Assembly (NCBI GenBank): GCA_019057385.1
Contig: JAHQJS010000004.1
Coordinates: 820,627 to 884,626, forward strand
From: Candidatus Borrarchaeum weybense
Lineage (GTDB): Archaea; Asgardarchaeota; Sifarchaeia; Borrarchaeales; Borrarchaeaceae
DNA: 64,000 bases
Reading direction: 5' to 3'
Part shown: piece by piece, positions 38,374-49,511 of the stretch
Layout: every line of letters starts with the position of its first letter
Numbering within the stretch: the stretch's first letter is position 1
The notes under the pieces: model-generated
What the model was told of the DNA's origin: nothing
Databases searched by the model: none
What the model saw: only the letters and a program-made list of their open reading frames with translations
Position numbers and translations under genes: made by a program

Positions 38374-39381
38374 TTAAGTTTCCTTCGTTTTTATCCCTCG
38401 ATTAATAACAACCTCAGCAATATCTGCAGAATAATCGACGATTCTTTCTAAACTTGCAGCGATCGCTGCAAGATTTACCGCCAACTTAGTAGTAGAAGAA
38501 GATATTATGGGCTCAATCTTTTCATTGATCATATGCCGAATTTCTTCTTTCTTAAGAATCTGCCCATTCGCTTCTTTTAAGTCTCGAGAAAACAATGATT
38601 TAAATGCAGTTGAGTAGATCTCTAGCGTTTCTTGACCTAGTTCATACAGCTGTTCCGTAGGACATTCCAATTCTTCTTGAAGTATTGTATCCCAATTTCT
38701 CGCAATCATCACTAAGTGATCACTAATCCGCTCTATAGAGCGAGTTACAGCATAAAAGTCAATAATTTCTTGTTCTCGGATTCCGATCTGCTTAAGTACC
38801 ATAGGGTTCCTTAAACCACCCTTCAATTGTTTGATCGCAAGAAAGTATAATCTGTCTACAACCTCTTCTTGATTCGTAACTTCCTCCAGAGGTGATTTAT
38901 TATCAATCATTGATGTCATAATAGTCTTATGCATAGAAGAGGTGAGCAAGAATAAGCGTCGAATCACTTTCCCTATTGAAAGTTCTTCGAATGACGTTAA
39001 ATCTTGAAGAACAATTTTGTTCTCGTATTCTTCAATAATTTCAACACCTAAAAGGCGATGTACGCGTTTAAGTGTCCTTTTTCTATATTCTGGCGAGATA
39101 GGACCTTTAGAATTAATTCGAATTATTTTTGGTCCATTTAAATATTTGGCAATGAGTACACGTTCGTATAGATCAATATCCTTAAAATCATCAACATTAA
39201 TAGACTCTTCGAAAAAATAGTTGTTGCCTGATGTATTAGGTGATAATAAGAGCGACCCATCAAGCTTGTCTACAATTGAAACCTCATCTCCTGCTTTTAA
39301 CCCAATTTTCTTCGCCCAATTTTTTGGAAGTGAAACGATATATGTAGAAGTTCCTGTCAGCTGAACTTTCCTTCGTTCCAA
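38374..39381 (-). CDS. phoU: AbrB-PhoU phosphate uptake regulator
   Basis: RKVQLTGTSTYIVSLPKNW (AbrB), ERISDH, ERIVDY. Confidence 0.92.
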   Translation of the reverse strand: MERRKVQLTGTSTYIVSLPKNWAKKIGLKAGDEVSIVDKLDGSLLLSPNTSGNNYFFEESINVDDFKDIDLYERVLIAKYLNGPKIIRINSKGPISPEYRKRTLKRVHRLLGVEIIEEYENKIVLQDLTSFEELSIGKVIRRLFLLTSSMHKTIMTSMIDNKSPLEEVTNQEEVVDRLYFLAIKQLKGGLRNPMVLKQIGIREQEIIDFYAVTRSIERISDHLVMIARNWDTILQEELECPTEQLYELGQETLEIYSTAFKSLFSRDLKEANGQILKKEEIRHMINEKIEPIISSSTTKLAVNLAAIAASLERIVDYSADIAEVVINRGIKTKET

Positions 39382-39731
39382 TAATCACACCCCAGAATGT
39401 AATCTTGATATTGCCTAAATAGACTAAATAGATGCCTTAGATCACAAGAATCTTATACAAATATATAGATTTTGGAGATGGTATATATATTATACTATAG
39501 GTCTATATTTTCTATATACTATTAATAAAGAATCTTGACTCAATCTAGCTTACAATCTATTGAAAAATCTATGGTATAGATAGAGGCTGAATTTAATAAA
39601 AAAGGCCCATTTGAGACTTTTTGCCCATTTCAAATTGATAAAAGATAATTTCACTTTTATGTCGCTTCTATATATTCTATATAGGGGTAAAAAAACTAAC
39701 AAGGGAAATTTGAAATAGTTTAGCCTTTGAT

Positions 39732-40655
39732 GTGGGGGCAAAACATCAAAAAAATCATACAGAGAGTGAATACTTGAAGCTTAACAAAAAGATAATCGGA
39801 GGAGTTGCGATCATCGTTATTTTGATGATCAGTCTCGGCGTTGTCTTTGGCACAGGATACGACAAACCACACCGCACAATTAATATCACGGGCTCAACAA
39901 CAGTTCTTCCAATCTCACAACGATGCGCAGAAGAATGGACTACGACGAAGAATCCAGATCGAAACTATCCTTATTATGACGAGATTAACGTTGCTGGAGG
40001 CGGCTCTGGTGTGGGCAAAAAGGATCTAATTGATGGAAACAATGATATCGCTGATTCTTCTTCACCTATGAAACCTGAAGAGTATGCAGATGCATACGCA
40101 AATGGCGTTAACCCTGTAGAACATGTTATTGCCCTTGACGGTCTCTCAATAGCGGTACATCCGACAAATGGACTCACTGATATTAGCATGGCTGAAATAA
40201 AAGCTATCTATGACGGAACAATTACCGACTGGAGCGAACTTGGACAACCCGCTGGCACTATCGTGGTATATAACCGTGAGAGTTCGTCTGGATCCTTCGA
40301 AACATTCGAAAAGAAAGTAATGGATGAAGAACCCATTCGTGCTGACGCCATTGAAAAGACTTCGAACGGCGCTATGAAGCAAGCAGTATCTGGCGATCCA
40401 CTTGGTATCGCTTATATTGGTATTGGCTACGTAGATGGAACAGTAAAGGCATTAACAGTTGACGGTATCGTCGCCTCAGAAGACACTGTTCGCGCTGGAA
40501 AATATCCTATTGCGCGTGAATTATACATGTACACAGACGGCACCTTAGCGGAACAAGAAAACACCTTAGTAACAGACTTTATTAATTTCGTCTTATCCAC
40601 GCAAGGGCAAGAACTTGTAGTAGAGGTCGGATTTATCTCTGTTCATGCACTCTAG
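39732..40655 (+). CDS. pstS: Phosphate ABC transporter substrate-binding protein; start probably TTG 39774
   Basis: GSTTVLP, GGSGVG, RESSSGS, YPIARELY. Confidence 0.93.
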   Translation: MGAKHQKNHTESEYLKLNKKIIGGVAIIVILMISLGVVFGTGYDKPHRTINITGSTTVLPISQRCAEEWTTTKNPDRNYPYYDEINVAGGGSGVGKKDLIDGNNDIADSSSPMKPEEYADAYANGVNPVEHVIALDGLSIAVHPTNGLTDISMAEIKAIYDGTITDWSELGQPAGTIVVYNRESSSGSFETFEKKVMDEEPIRADAIEKTSNGAMKQAVSGDPLGIAYIGIGYVDGTVKALTVDGIVASEDTVRAGKYPIARELYMYTDGTLAEQENTLVTDFINFVLSTQGQELVVEVGFISVHAL

Positions 40656-40797
40656 CAACTGAACCACGACAACTCCGAATAAATAGAACTCTATCAATCC
40701 CCTTCTTTTTTTGTTTTTTTGTTTAATTTGGCAATAACGGATTTTTATCTCATTTTCATTACGCTAGTCTTCTAACATGAGTGCTCCTAATAATAAA

Positions 40798-40874
40798 CTA
40801 TATAGTTTATATAGTTATATAGAGCCGTGTATAGGGCAATATAGTGAAATATATAGGGATATAGAGCGCTATAG
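40798..40874. promoter_or_regulatory. Phased array of eight TATAG motifs upstream of pstC
   Basis: TATAG at 40801, 40810, 40818, 40830, 40840, 40852, 40860 and 40870. Confidence 0.55.
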
Positions 40875-40970
40875 TTTATGGACATCGGATCCAGCGCCTT
40901 CATAGAAAACTTTATAACCTAAGACCTATCTAGAGCAACTTAGAAGGTAACAGATTTAATATGGAATCAG

Positions 40971-41945
40971 ATGATGATGTCCGATAGTGCAAGTTATAAA
41001 TCAAAATCTAAAAATTTATTCTCAAAAATCATTGATCCACAGTATCTTTGGAAAACAATCAAAACTTTTGGAATAAAGGAATTTCTCCTGATTTGTGCAT
41101 CAATTTCTGTCTTTGCAGTCCTTTTTATCTTTGTTTTTCTTTTCATAGAGGGTATTCAAGTATTCTTTGAAGTTAGCCCAATTGAATTCTTCTTTGGAAC
41201 GACTTGGCGGCCAGCAGCTATTCCCAAATACAGAGCGTGGGGTATCGCTCCAATGATTATCGGCTCTCTAATGGTCTCTTTCGGTGCATTAGCCGTAGCC
41301 ATTGTTTTCGGTATAATGGCGGCAATCTATATAGCTGAAGTTGCCCCTCCACAAATAAGAGATTTCGTAAAGCCGATAATAGAAATCCTTGCAGGAATTC
41401 CATCAGTTGTGTACGGATTTTTTGGTCTCGTAATTTTAGTTCCTTGGATTAGGGAAACATTCAATGTTGTTGTTGGTGAAACTGCATTCACTGGTTCGCT
41501 CATTTTATCGGTGATGATACTACCAACGATTGTAAGTGTTTCTGAAGATGCAATCTCAGCAGTTCCAAGACACCTTAAAGAGGGTTCTCTTGCATTAGGA
41601 GCAAATGAATTTCAAACACTTAAAGCGGTTGTTCTTCCTGCAGCATTATCTGGGATTCTAGCAGCGATAGTTTTGGCTTTTGGAAGAGCGATTGGCGAAA
41701 CAATGGCTGTCTTAATGGTTACAGGTGGTTCTCCAATAATTCCATCTCCATTTTGGAATTACTTAAGCCCGGTGAGAGTAATGACGGCATCTATTGCGGC
41801 AGAAATGGGAGAAGCAGTCCAAGGTGGCACACATTATCATGCACTTTTTGCTATTGGAATTGTTTTATTTGCCATCACATTTGTTCTTAATAATGTTTCC
41901 CGGAGAGTTGTTCGAAAACGAATAAAGATGCTTAAAAGACTTTAG
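40971..41945 (+). CDS. pstC: Phosphate ABC permease
   Basis: LAGIPSVVYG, EGSLALGA, GRAIGETMAV. Confidence 0.95.
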   Translation: MMMSDSASYKSKSKNLFSKIIDPQYLWKTIKTFGIKEFLLICASISVFAVLFIFVFLFIEGIQVFFEVSPIEFFFGTTWRPAAIPKYRAWGIAPMIIGSLMVSFGALAVAIVFGIMAAIYIAEVAPPQIRDFVKPIIEILAGIPSVVYGFFGLVILVPWIRETFNVVVGETAFTGSLILSVMILPTIVSVSEDAISAVPRHLKEGSLALGANEFQTLKAVVLPAALSGILAAIVLAFGRAIGETMAVLMVTGGSPIIPSPFWNYLSPVRVMTASIAAEMGEAVQGGTHYHALFAIGIVLFAITFVLNNVSRRVVRKRIKMLKRL

Positions 41946-41962
41946 GAGGCTTAAACACAACA

Positions 41963-42826
41963 ATGCCACCACTTTCAGCAAACAAATACGTGCAAAAAAT
42001 ATTTTTCACCCTCACTGGAATCGCAGTCGTAATTATTATGGGTGTATTATTCTTCCTACTGGGTTTAATATTCATTAGAGGTGCACCAGTTATCAATTTG
42101 GAATTTCTAACACAAGCGCCTAGAAAAGGCATGACTGAAGGCGGAATCATGCCCGCTATTATTGGTACGCTGTTATTAGTAGCATTCGCAGTAGCATTCG
42201 CATTACCTGTAGGGCTATTTGGTGCTATCTATTTAGTGGAATATGCAAAGGAAGGACGAATTACAAGAATAATAAATGAAGCCATTGAAAACCTAAATGC
42301 AGTTCCATCCATTGTTTTCGGTCTTTTTGGATTAGCATTCTTTGTAACTTTCTTAGGATTTGGAAGGAGCATTCTTTCTGCTTCATTGACGCTTGCAATG
42401 ATGATTTTACCCACAGTTATGGTGACTTCAGTAGAAGCTCTGAAGGCTATCCCTCAGAGTTTCAGGGAAGGAAGTTTGGCGCTGGGTGCGTCTAAATGGC
42501 GTACAATTCAAGATGTCGTCCTTCCAGAGGCATTTGCAGGGGTCTTAACAGGAGTGATACTTGCTATCGGACGTGTCGCCGGAGAAACTGCACCTATCCT
42601 GTTTACCGGCGTCGTATATTACAAATACGCTTTACCCTCCTCACCGTTCGATCAAACTATGGCTTTAACATATCATTTATTTGTATTGGCAACTGAAAGC
42701 CCCGATATCGCAAAAACACGGCCAATACAATATGGAACTGCCTTAGTTTTAGTGGGGCTTGTTTTACTAGTAGATGCAACTGCCATCTATATTCGACGAA
42801 ATATATTGAGCAAAAGAAGGTGGTAA
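41963..42826 (+). CDS. pstA: Phosphate ABC permease
   Basis: VPSIVFGLFG, REGSLALGA, RVAGETAP. Confidence 0.95.
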   Translation: MPPLSANKYVQKIFFTLTGIAVVIIMGVLFFLLGLIFIRGAPVINLEFLTQAPRKGMTEGGIMPAIIGTLLLVAFAVAFALPVGLFGAIYLVEYAKEGRITRIINEAIENLNAVPSIVFGLFGLAFFVTFLGFGRSILSASLTLAMMILPTVMVTSVEALKAIPQSFREGSLALGASKWRTIQDVVLPEAFAGVLTGVILAIGRVAGETAPILFTGVVYYKYALPSSPFDQTMALTYHLFVLATESPDIAKTRPIQYGTALVLVGLVLLVDATAIYIRRNILSKRRW

Positions 42827-42829
42827 GAA

Positions 42830-43657
42830 ATGGACGCTGTAGATTTCGAAACTAAAAGTGATGTCCTTGATTTAGTTCAATTACCTGAGAGTAGTATAGA
42901 CGAAGAAGAAATTGTACTAGAAACGAAGAATCTATCATTATGGTATGGGGATCTCAAGGTTTTACATAATATCTCACTCAAGGTTGTAAAAAATGCTGTG
43001 ACTGCACTTATTGGACCCTCAGGGTCTGGAAAGTCCACTTTAATTCGCTGTTTCAATCGTATGAACGATCTAATTAATGGTGTACACATTGAGGGAACAG
43101 TTCTACTAGATGGTAATGATATTACTGAGCCAGATGTAGATGTTATACAGTTAAGACGACAAGTTGGAATGATGTTTCAAAAGCCGAATCCGTTTCCAAA
43201 GTCGATCTATGATAACATCACCTATGGTCCAAAAGTTCATGGATTTAATGGAACTTTATACGATGAAATAGTGGAAAAAAATCTCAGACGCGCAGCGTTA
43301 TGGGATGAAGTGCATGAGAGGCTAGAAGATAATGCTCTTGACTTATCAATTGGTCAACAACAGAGATTATGCTTAGCAAGAACGTTAGCCGTTAATCCTG
43401 AAATCATTCTCATGGATGAACCATGTTCTGCTCTTGATCCCATTTCAACAGCAAAAATCGAAGATTTAATCCAGGAACTGAAGGAAAACTATACAGTTAT
43501 TATCGTAACTCACAATATGCAACAGGCAGCACGTGTAGCGGATTATACCGCCTTTATGTGCTTAGGGGAACTTGTTGAGTTTGGAGCTACTCTTCAAGTA
43601 TTCGAAGCACCGAAATGCAAACAAACAGAGGATTATGTTTGTGGACGTTTCGGCTAA
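42830..43657 (+). CDS. pstB: Phosphate ABC ATP-binding protein
   Basis: [34 protein letters not shown]. Confidence 0.96.
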   Translation: MDAVDFETKSDVLDLVQLPESSIDEEEIVLETKNLSLWYGDLKVLHNISLKVVKNAVTALIGPSGSGKSTLIRCFNRMNDLINGVHIEGTVLLDGNDITEPDVDVIQLRRQVGMMFQKPNPFPKSIYDNITYGPKVHGFNGTLYDEIVEKNLRRAALWDEVHERLEDNALDLSIGQQQRLCLARTLAVNPEIILMDEPCSALDPISTAKIEDLIQELKENYTVIIVTHNMQQAARVADYTAFMCLGELVEFGATLQVFEAPKCKQTEDYVCGRFG

Positions 43658-43723
43658 TACGTTCACTCATTCTAGCACATTATCTCTTTACTTTTTTTTT
43701 GAATATGCTTTAGTTTTAGTATT

Positions 43724-44725
43724 TCACATGTAATTCTGTGTTAATTCATCAATTCGTGACATCTCGTCTTTTGAAAGTTTAATGTGCATTGCACCAATAT
43801 TCTGTTCCATTTGACTTGTCTTTGATGCACCTGGTATAGTTACAACTACATCGCCATGAAAATTGATAAGCCAATTTAGAGATACTTGTGCGGGAGAAGC
43901 GTTATGGGCTTGAGCAATCTCTTCTAGAGCGTCAATCAGTGGTTGGGTACGCTCTAGTTTCTTTTTTGGGCGAAGCCCAAAGCTCATCATTTTTCGCAAT
44001 CTCCCGAGTTTTTTAATCAGAGACGGGTCCTCGTGGAACCTTCCAGTAAGCAATCCTTGCTCAAGAGGAGAGTACGCAATTATTGTTATACCTAGCTCTC
44101 TAGCAGTATCTAAGATATCATTCGTCTCAATTTTACGATCAAGTAAGCTATATTTCACTTGATTGGAAACTAGCTGTAACTCGTGTTTTTCTTCAAGTAT
44201 TTCGAACCCTCTTCTCATTTTACCTGCTGACCAATTACTAACTCCTATTGAACGAATTTTGCCATCTTTAACCAAATCAGCCATTGCATCCATCATTCCT
44301 TTAGTCGATGCTAATGCAATAGATGCATGAATCTGATGCAAATCAATTCCAAATCCGTCCAAATAATGTAGTCGTTTATCAATTGTTTTCCGAATTGAGT
44401 TCGCTCTTCTTGGAAATGGAAACCACTTAGTAGCAATGACAACGTCACCGTTTTTCATGCCTGCCGCGTGAAGAGCATTTGCAAGATTTCGCTCTGACTT
44501 TCCAGCACCATAAGCCTCTGCCGTATCAAACCAGTTAATACCTCCATCAAGAGCAACTTTTACGATTTCGTTTATGATTTCGGGAGATAAAGAAGGCCAA
44601 TATCGTCCACCAAATCCTCCTGATCCCCCTGAAAATTGCCAGCAACCTAGACCGATTTTAGTGATTTCAATTTCTGATTTTCCGAGATTTACTTTGTTGA
44701 TTTGATTCATTTTAGTCACAACCAT
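43724..44725 (-). CDS. Aldo/keto reductase
   Basis: IGLGCW, FDTAEAYG, IATK, IGVSN, AYSPL. Confidence 0.93.
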   Translation of the reverse strand: MVVTKMNQINKVNLGKSEIEITKIGLGCWQFSGGSGGFGGRYWPSLSPEIINEIVKVALDGGINWFDTAEAYGAGKSERNLANALHAAGMKNGDVVIATKWFPFPRRANSIRKTIDKRLHYLDGFGIDLHQIHASIALASTKGMMDAMADLVKDGKIRSIGVSNWSAGKMRRGFEILEEKHELQLVSNQVKYSLLDRKIETNDILDTARELGITIIAYSPLEQGLLTGRFHEDPSLIKKLGRLRKMMSFGLRPKKKLERTQPLIDALEEIAQAHNASPAQVSLNWLINFHGDVVVTIPGASKTSQMEQNIGAMHIKLSKDEMSRIDELTQNYM

Positions 44726-44726
44726 A

Positions 44727-45491
44727 CTAATGAAGAATAATTTTGTCTTTATCTTTGAGATATTCTGGAACTATTGAGATAACATTTTTCACAGAAAAAA
44801 TCACGTCGTCACCAAATCCCTTTGAATAAAGATTTCTTGCATGTGAGGAGTTTATGGCAGCAAAATGCTCCAAACCTTCAACGAATTTCATATCTTCCTT
44901 AAGGAAATCATCAAGAATACATCCTTCATTCTCTAGAATTTTGGCAATTAGTGAGGCTGCTGCTAAATCTTCTCTAGCTTTAAGTTCCGATGGACCACCT
45001 GAAAGAACCATAACTATATTACGTTTCATCCTTTTTGCTTCCTTTAAAGATGTATAAGCAACTGCATTCGCATTTACTATAGCTCCTATAAAAATTCGAG
45101 CTGCTGCCTTGGCTTTTGATAGTCCCTTTGGAAAATTTGTGGACGAGAAAATTATGATTTTTCCTACAATTCTATTTCTTGCTGATTCTAGATCATTCCT
45201 GTATGGAGAATTGCCGAGGTCAAAATCCTCGATCCGTTCCATGTTCCTTTCTCCAACAAGAAGAGCATCTGGAAATTTTGTTTCTTTTACATTTCTTGCT
45301 TCTTCAGGAGTGATCCGTACGTGAATTTCTTTTGCACCATTTTTTAGAAGGACAATACAGTTAGTTGTAGCCCTCAATACATCAATAACTATAGCAACAT
45401 TATTTTTGATTTGTTCAGGATCGACTGGTTTTATCTGATCGCTTTCTCGCCTCCATACAAGAAATACTCGCGGATTTTCAGAGATCGACAT
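44727..45491 (-). CDS. comB: 2-phosphosulfolactate phosphatase family protein
   Basis: VIDVLRATT, GER, DLGNSP, STN, ED. Confidence 0.85.
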   Translation of the reverse strand: MSISENPRVFLVWRRESDQIKPVDPEQIKNNVAIVIDVLRATTNCIVLLKNGAKEIHVRITPEEARNVKETKFPDALLVGERNMERIEDFDLGNSPYRNDLESARNRIVGKIIIFSSTNFPKGLSKAKAAARIFIGAIVNANAVAYTSLKEAKRMKRNIVMVLSGGPSELKAREDLAAASLIAKILENEGCILDDFLKEDMKFVEGLEHFAAINSSHARNLYSKGFGDDVIFSVKNVISIVPEYLKDKDKIILH

Positions 45492-45530
45492 TGTTGTACA
45501 TCCTTAAGCATAGGATCTTGTTAGTCTGGC

Positions 45531-46382
45531 TCAGAGTTTTAGAATAGTCCCTGTATTAAATAATTTAAATCCTTCCAAATTGTCAGAAAAGATTTTTTGT
45601 GCAAGAAAGCCCGTGCAGTGGCATGGTGCGAGTACTGTTGGATTCAAGGCGTTTAGAATCTCTAAAACCGCTTTTATAGTTTCTGGGTCACTTTCTACTA
45701 AATGAAAGCCTCCGATAACTCCAATGATTTCTTCACGATTTGTAAGTTTTTGTGAATGGAAGATTGTATTTACGATTCCTGAGTGTGCACAACCAGCTAT
45801 TATGACAAGTCCTTCCTTCATATTAACTATCAGAGCTTGATCGTCAAGTAATTCATCTTTCACAAGCATATCGTTTTTCTTGGTTAAAAGTTTGTTTGAT
45901 AATGATGAAATTGAGGTTCGATTAATTTCCCCAGTTGTGCATGCTGACGGCGCAATTTTTACTGGAGTCTCAGATAATGTTAGGATTCCTGTGTGCTGAA
46001 GATCATCTTTGGAAAATGGAACCCCGATATATCTTAAACGTGCATGCTTTGAGTATTTCTTATCAAACATATTAGGATGTCCAATAATAGGAATTTTTTT
46101 TGGTATCTTTCGCAGGATATCTAAGAGTGCCCCAGTATGGTCATAATGGCCGTGGGAGATTACTATGGCATCAATTTCTGTTAAATCAATTTTAAGCCGT
46201 TGAACATTATTAAAAAATGCGAAAGTAGATTGACCTGCGTCCATTAGAATCTTTGTCGTGTTATCCTCCAAGATAATCTCGATTAACATGGAAAGCCCAT
46301 GCTCTGCATAAAACCCCGGTTTATTTGAAGTATTTTCGACAATAGCTGTTATTGTGACCTCATCAGCAGGTTCTAGTTCCAT
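45531..46382 (-). CDS. MBL-fold metallo-hydrolase
   Basis: AEHGLS, SHGHYDHTG, GCAHSG, GGFHL, HCTG. Confidence 0.9.
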   Translation of the reverse strand: MELEPADEVTITAIVENTSNKPGFYAEHGLSMLIEIILEDNTTKILMDAGQSTFAFFNNVQRLKIDLTEIDAIVISHGHYDHTGALLDILRKIPKKIPIIGHPNMFDKKYSKHARLRYIGVPFSKDDLQHTGILTLSETPVKIAPSACTTGEINRTSISSLSNKLLTKKNDMLVKDELLDDQALIVNMKEGLVIIAGCAHSGIVNTIFHSQKLTNREEIIGVIGGFHLVESDPETIKAVLEILNALNPTVLAPCHCTGFLAQKIFSDNLEGFKLFNTGTILKL

Positions 46383-46552
46383 AAAAATTTCCTCCTGAAC
46401 CTAGTAAGATAACTTTGTCTTATGGTGAAATAACGAGTTTATAAAAATGAGGCTTGTCAACAATTGCGTGAAAGTACTGTTTCACGTAATGACAGTCTAT
46501 CTAAAAATGAATCATAAAAAACTTCTTCGAATAATATAAAAAAAGGGGTAGG

Positions 46553-47239
46553 TTAAGGGAAAATTACTCCAACTAATCCTGCAATCGCTAGACCAAAACC
46601 AACGGCTACCCCTGCAAATATTAAGCCAAAGATTATGAATGCAAAGATATTTGCTAATATGGAAACTCCTGTAGTTGTATCAGCAACCTCTCTGAATGAT
46701 AGTACATTGCTAATAAATAATAGAAGACCAATGATTAGACCGCCTCCTACAGCGATTACAGCAACTTCGACGCCACCACCACCGACTGCAGTATATATTA
46801 GCGCTATGAAGAGAATAACATACAGGAATGCGTGTGAAAATGCAAATCCAGTAACTCTTAGGACCTGTATACCTTGAATGCCTTTGGATCCTACAAACTT
46901 ACCCATTAGAAAAAGTACGAAAACCCAGATTATAAATGGGACAAATACGAAGAAAATGGACGCCACAATGAATATAAGAATTCCCGTAGCAATTTCGATT
47001 GGGGTACCTCCAATTGTCCAGGGACCGTAAATAAACCAGAGTGGAAGTAAAGCAATAGTTCCAATGACTAACAAGACGACCTCGATTAGAAAAGGCATAA
47101 GAACTGATTGAGTGGTTGCGGCAGGGTCATCCTTGACTTCGCTATATACACTTTTATCAAGTTTCATTGCACGTAAAATGCGCTCAGACATTTTTCTGAT
47201 TGTTTCTCCAGTTGTCATTTTCATCCTCCAAAATTTCAA
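46553..47239 (-). CDS. Yip1-family-like membrane protein
   Basis: RAMKLDKSVYSEVKDDPAAT; paralog of 7932..8648. Confidence 0.7.
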   Translation of the reverse strand: MKFWRMKMTTGETIRKMSERILRAMKLDKSVYSEVKDDPAATTQSVLMPFLIEVVLLVIGTIALLPLWFIYGPWTIGGTPIEIATGILIFIVASIFFVFVPFIIWVFVLFLMGKFVGSKGIQGIQVLRVTGFAFSHAFLYVILFIALIYTAVGGGGVEVAVIAVGGGLIIGLLLFISNVLSFREVADTTTGVSILANIFAFIIFGLIFAGVAVGFGLAIAGLVGVIFP

Positions 47240-47310
47240 ATAAACTTGATGTAGGGTGTTTATTTTCTTTGTAGTATAAAAATATAGTTTGTTGTCGAGG
47301 AAAGGATTCT

Positions 47311-48870
47311 TCAGTTACTGAAATCACGAGACTGATTATTAATAGGGATTACTACATGAAAGATGCTTCCTTTGCCGATACTACTTTCCGCCCAAATTAA
47401 ACCACCGTGCATTTTAACATATTCTTTTGTGATGGCCAGACCTAGACCTGTACGTTCAAACTTAGATTGAAAATCAGCTGATACTGATAGATCAACAACA
47501 TGAAACGGTTGAAATATCTTATCAATATCTTTTTCCATGATTCCGATCCCCGTATCCTTCACCATAACATGAATGGTCTCGCCTTCTTTCATTAATCTGA
47601 TTGTAATTTTGCCTCCGTTAGGCGTGTATTTGACAGCGTTGGAGAGTAAGTTATTGAAGATTGTTCTCATAATTACGATATCCATGTAAATTAAAGGTAA
47701 CGGCTCAGGAGTAATAAGGTCAAGCATATGTCCATGTTTTCTTGCTAATGGCAAGATATCTTTGATAACTTGGACAACTACACTTTCAAGAGAACCTAAT
47801 TCAGGTTCTAATTTTTTCGTACCAGCTTCAAGTCGTGAATAATCAAGGAAATTATTAACAAGCACTGTTAGTCTTTCAGCACTATCTGCAATAATTTCTA
47901 TCCTACTCCTAATTGCCTTATGAAGATCTAAATTTTTGCTTTTCATTTCTAGAAGATCAACATTTACTTTCAAAGCACTTAATGGTGTACGCAGTTCGTG
48001 AGCTGCAGTATTAATAAATTTTGATTGTATCTGATCAACTTTTTTCCTCAAAGTAATATCGCGGATTATTGCCATCAAAGCAGCTCTACCCTTATAGTCA
48101 ATTACACTGACATTTAATTCAACAGGTATCTTTCTCCCATTCTTTGCAAGAATCTCTATTTCATATCTATTTAGTACTCCTTCACCAGACATCCTTCTTT
48201 TATACCTATTTAATACTAATTCTCTGTATTCTGGAGCAACAAAATCAATAAATTGTTTCCCAAGAGCTTCATCTCTTGAAAAGCCAGTAAGTTCGATCAT
48301 CTTTGTATTTACAAATTTTAGTTCTTTATCTTGAACAATACAAATTCCATCGTTTCCTTTTTCCACAAGCGTTGAATATTTTTTCTCCGATTCTTTTAAC
48401 GCTTCTTCAGTCAACTTGTATTCAGTTATATCTTTAACTACTTCCACAACAGCGATAATTTCACTATTAGAGTCTCTTACAGGAGAACTAGTAGTTAAAA
48501 TATAGATTGGGCTGCCATCTGGGCGTAGAATCATTCCTTCTGAAATCACCGTTTTCTTTTTTTCAAGAACCATTTTAACTGTACAATTTGGACATGGTGA
48601 TTCTAGCCCCTTATACGCTCTGTAACATTTCTCTCCAATAACATTTCCATAAATTGCTCTTTCTGGTTGATTTATCCAAATAATGTCCAAATCCCTATTT
48701 TGTATCGTAATGAGGTCTCCAATAGCGTTTAAAATTGCCTGTTGGGTAGCTTCCGATTTAATCAAAGCCATCTTTTGTTCTTCAAAGTTCTTTTCTTGAG
48801 GTTCAATATATCCTAGCACATGAGGAATCAATTTCTTTGGCGGAATTTCACGATGATTTGAGCTAGACAA
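47311..48870 (-). CDS. PAS-PAS histidine kinase
   Basis: Two PAS domains, AHELRTPL, NLLSNAVKYT, DTGIG, GLGL. Confidence 0.93.
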   Translation of the reverse strand: MSSSNHREIPPKKLIPHVLGYIEPQEKNFEEQKMALIKSEATQQAILNAIGDLITIQNRDLDIIWINQPERAIYGNVIGEKCYRAYKGLESPCPNCTVKMVLEKKKTVISEGMILRPDGSPIYILTTSSPVRDSNSEIIAVVEVVKDITEYKLTEEALKESEKKYSTLVEKGNDGICIVQDKELKFVNTKMIELTGFSRDEALGKQFIDFVAPEYRELVLNRYKRRMSGEGVLNRYEIEILAKNGRKIPVELNVSVIDYKGRAALMAIIRDITLRKKVDQIQSKFINTAAHELRTPLSALKVNVDLLEMKSKNLDLHKAIRSRIEIIADSAERLTVLVNNFLDYSRLEAGTKKLEPELGSLESVVVQVIKDILPLARKHGHMLDLITPEPLPLIYMDIVIMRTIFNNLLSNAVKYTPNGGKITIRLMKEGETIHVMVKDTGIGIMEKDIDKIFQPFHVVDLSVSADFQSKFERTGLGLAITKEYVKMHGGLIWAESSIGKGSIFHVVIPINNQSRDFSN

Positions 48871-49203
48871 AATTATTCAACTTCATTTATTTTGAAAAGT
48901 GAATCAGGAGATCTCATTAAAGAAGATTCTCGATACTAATTGATTCTCATTTTCAATCTATTTCATTAAGTCTGTGCAAACTGATACTACTCAATACTTG
49001 TTAAAAAATTGTTTGGTTTGAAGAATATTTCAAAATAGCTCATCTGTCTGAAAAATCATTGTTCACAAAAGGAATCAAAGATTTCTGTAATTTCCACTCA
49101 ATTGAATAATTACTATACGTTTCATTAGAAAGTTAAAAGAATGCATCTTTATATACAAAAAATAAAAACTGAAACACTTAACTTGTGTTAAAGGTGAAAA
49201 AAA

Positions 49204-49476
49204 ATGAGTGTTAAAGCAAGTCACATCCTTGTGAAGAAGAAATCTCTCGCAGATCAATTACTTGAACGTATAAACAATGGCGAATCCTTTTCCAAACTAG
49301 CTAAAGAATTCTCTGAATGTCCTTCTAAGAAACGCGGTGGATCGCTTGGTGAATTTTCTCGAGGTCAGATGGTTAAGCCTTTTGAAAAAGCTACATTTGC
49401 CCTTAAAGTCGGTGAAGTCACTCCAGAACCTGTAAAGACACAATTTGGATACCACATTATTAAGCGAACAGGATAG
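49204..49476 (+). CDS. ppiC: Parvulin peptidyl-prolyl isomerase
   Basis: [34 protein letters not shown]. Confidence 0.95.
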   Translation: MSVKASHILVKKKSLADQLLERINNGESFSKLAKEFSECPSKKRGGSLGEFSRGQMVKPFEKATFALKVGEVTPEPVKTQFGYHIIKRTG

Positions 49477-49511
49477 ATCTCTAAATACAAAATACAAATG
49501 GAGGACACTTT

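Noticed and set aside
46462-46490. Imperfect palindrome ATTGCGTGAAA...TTTCACGTAAT (similar one at 32875-32896)
   Set aside because: Cannot distinguish operator, terminator or chance; spacing is not shared with the other palindromes
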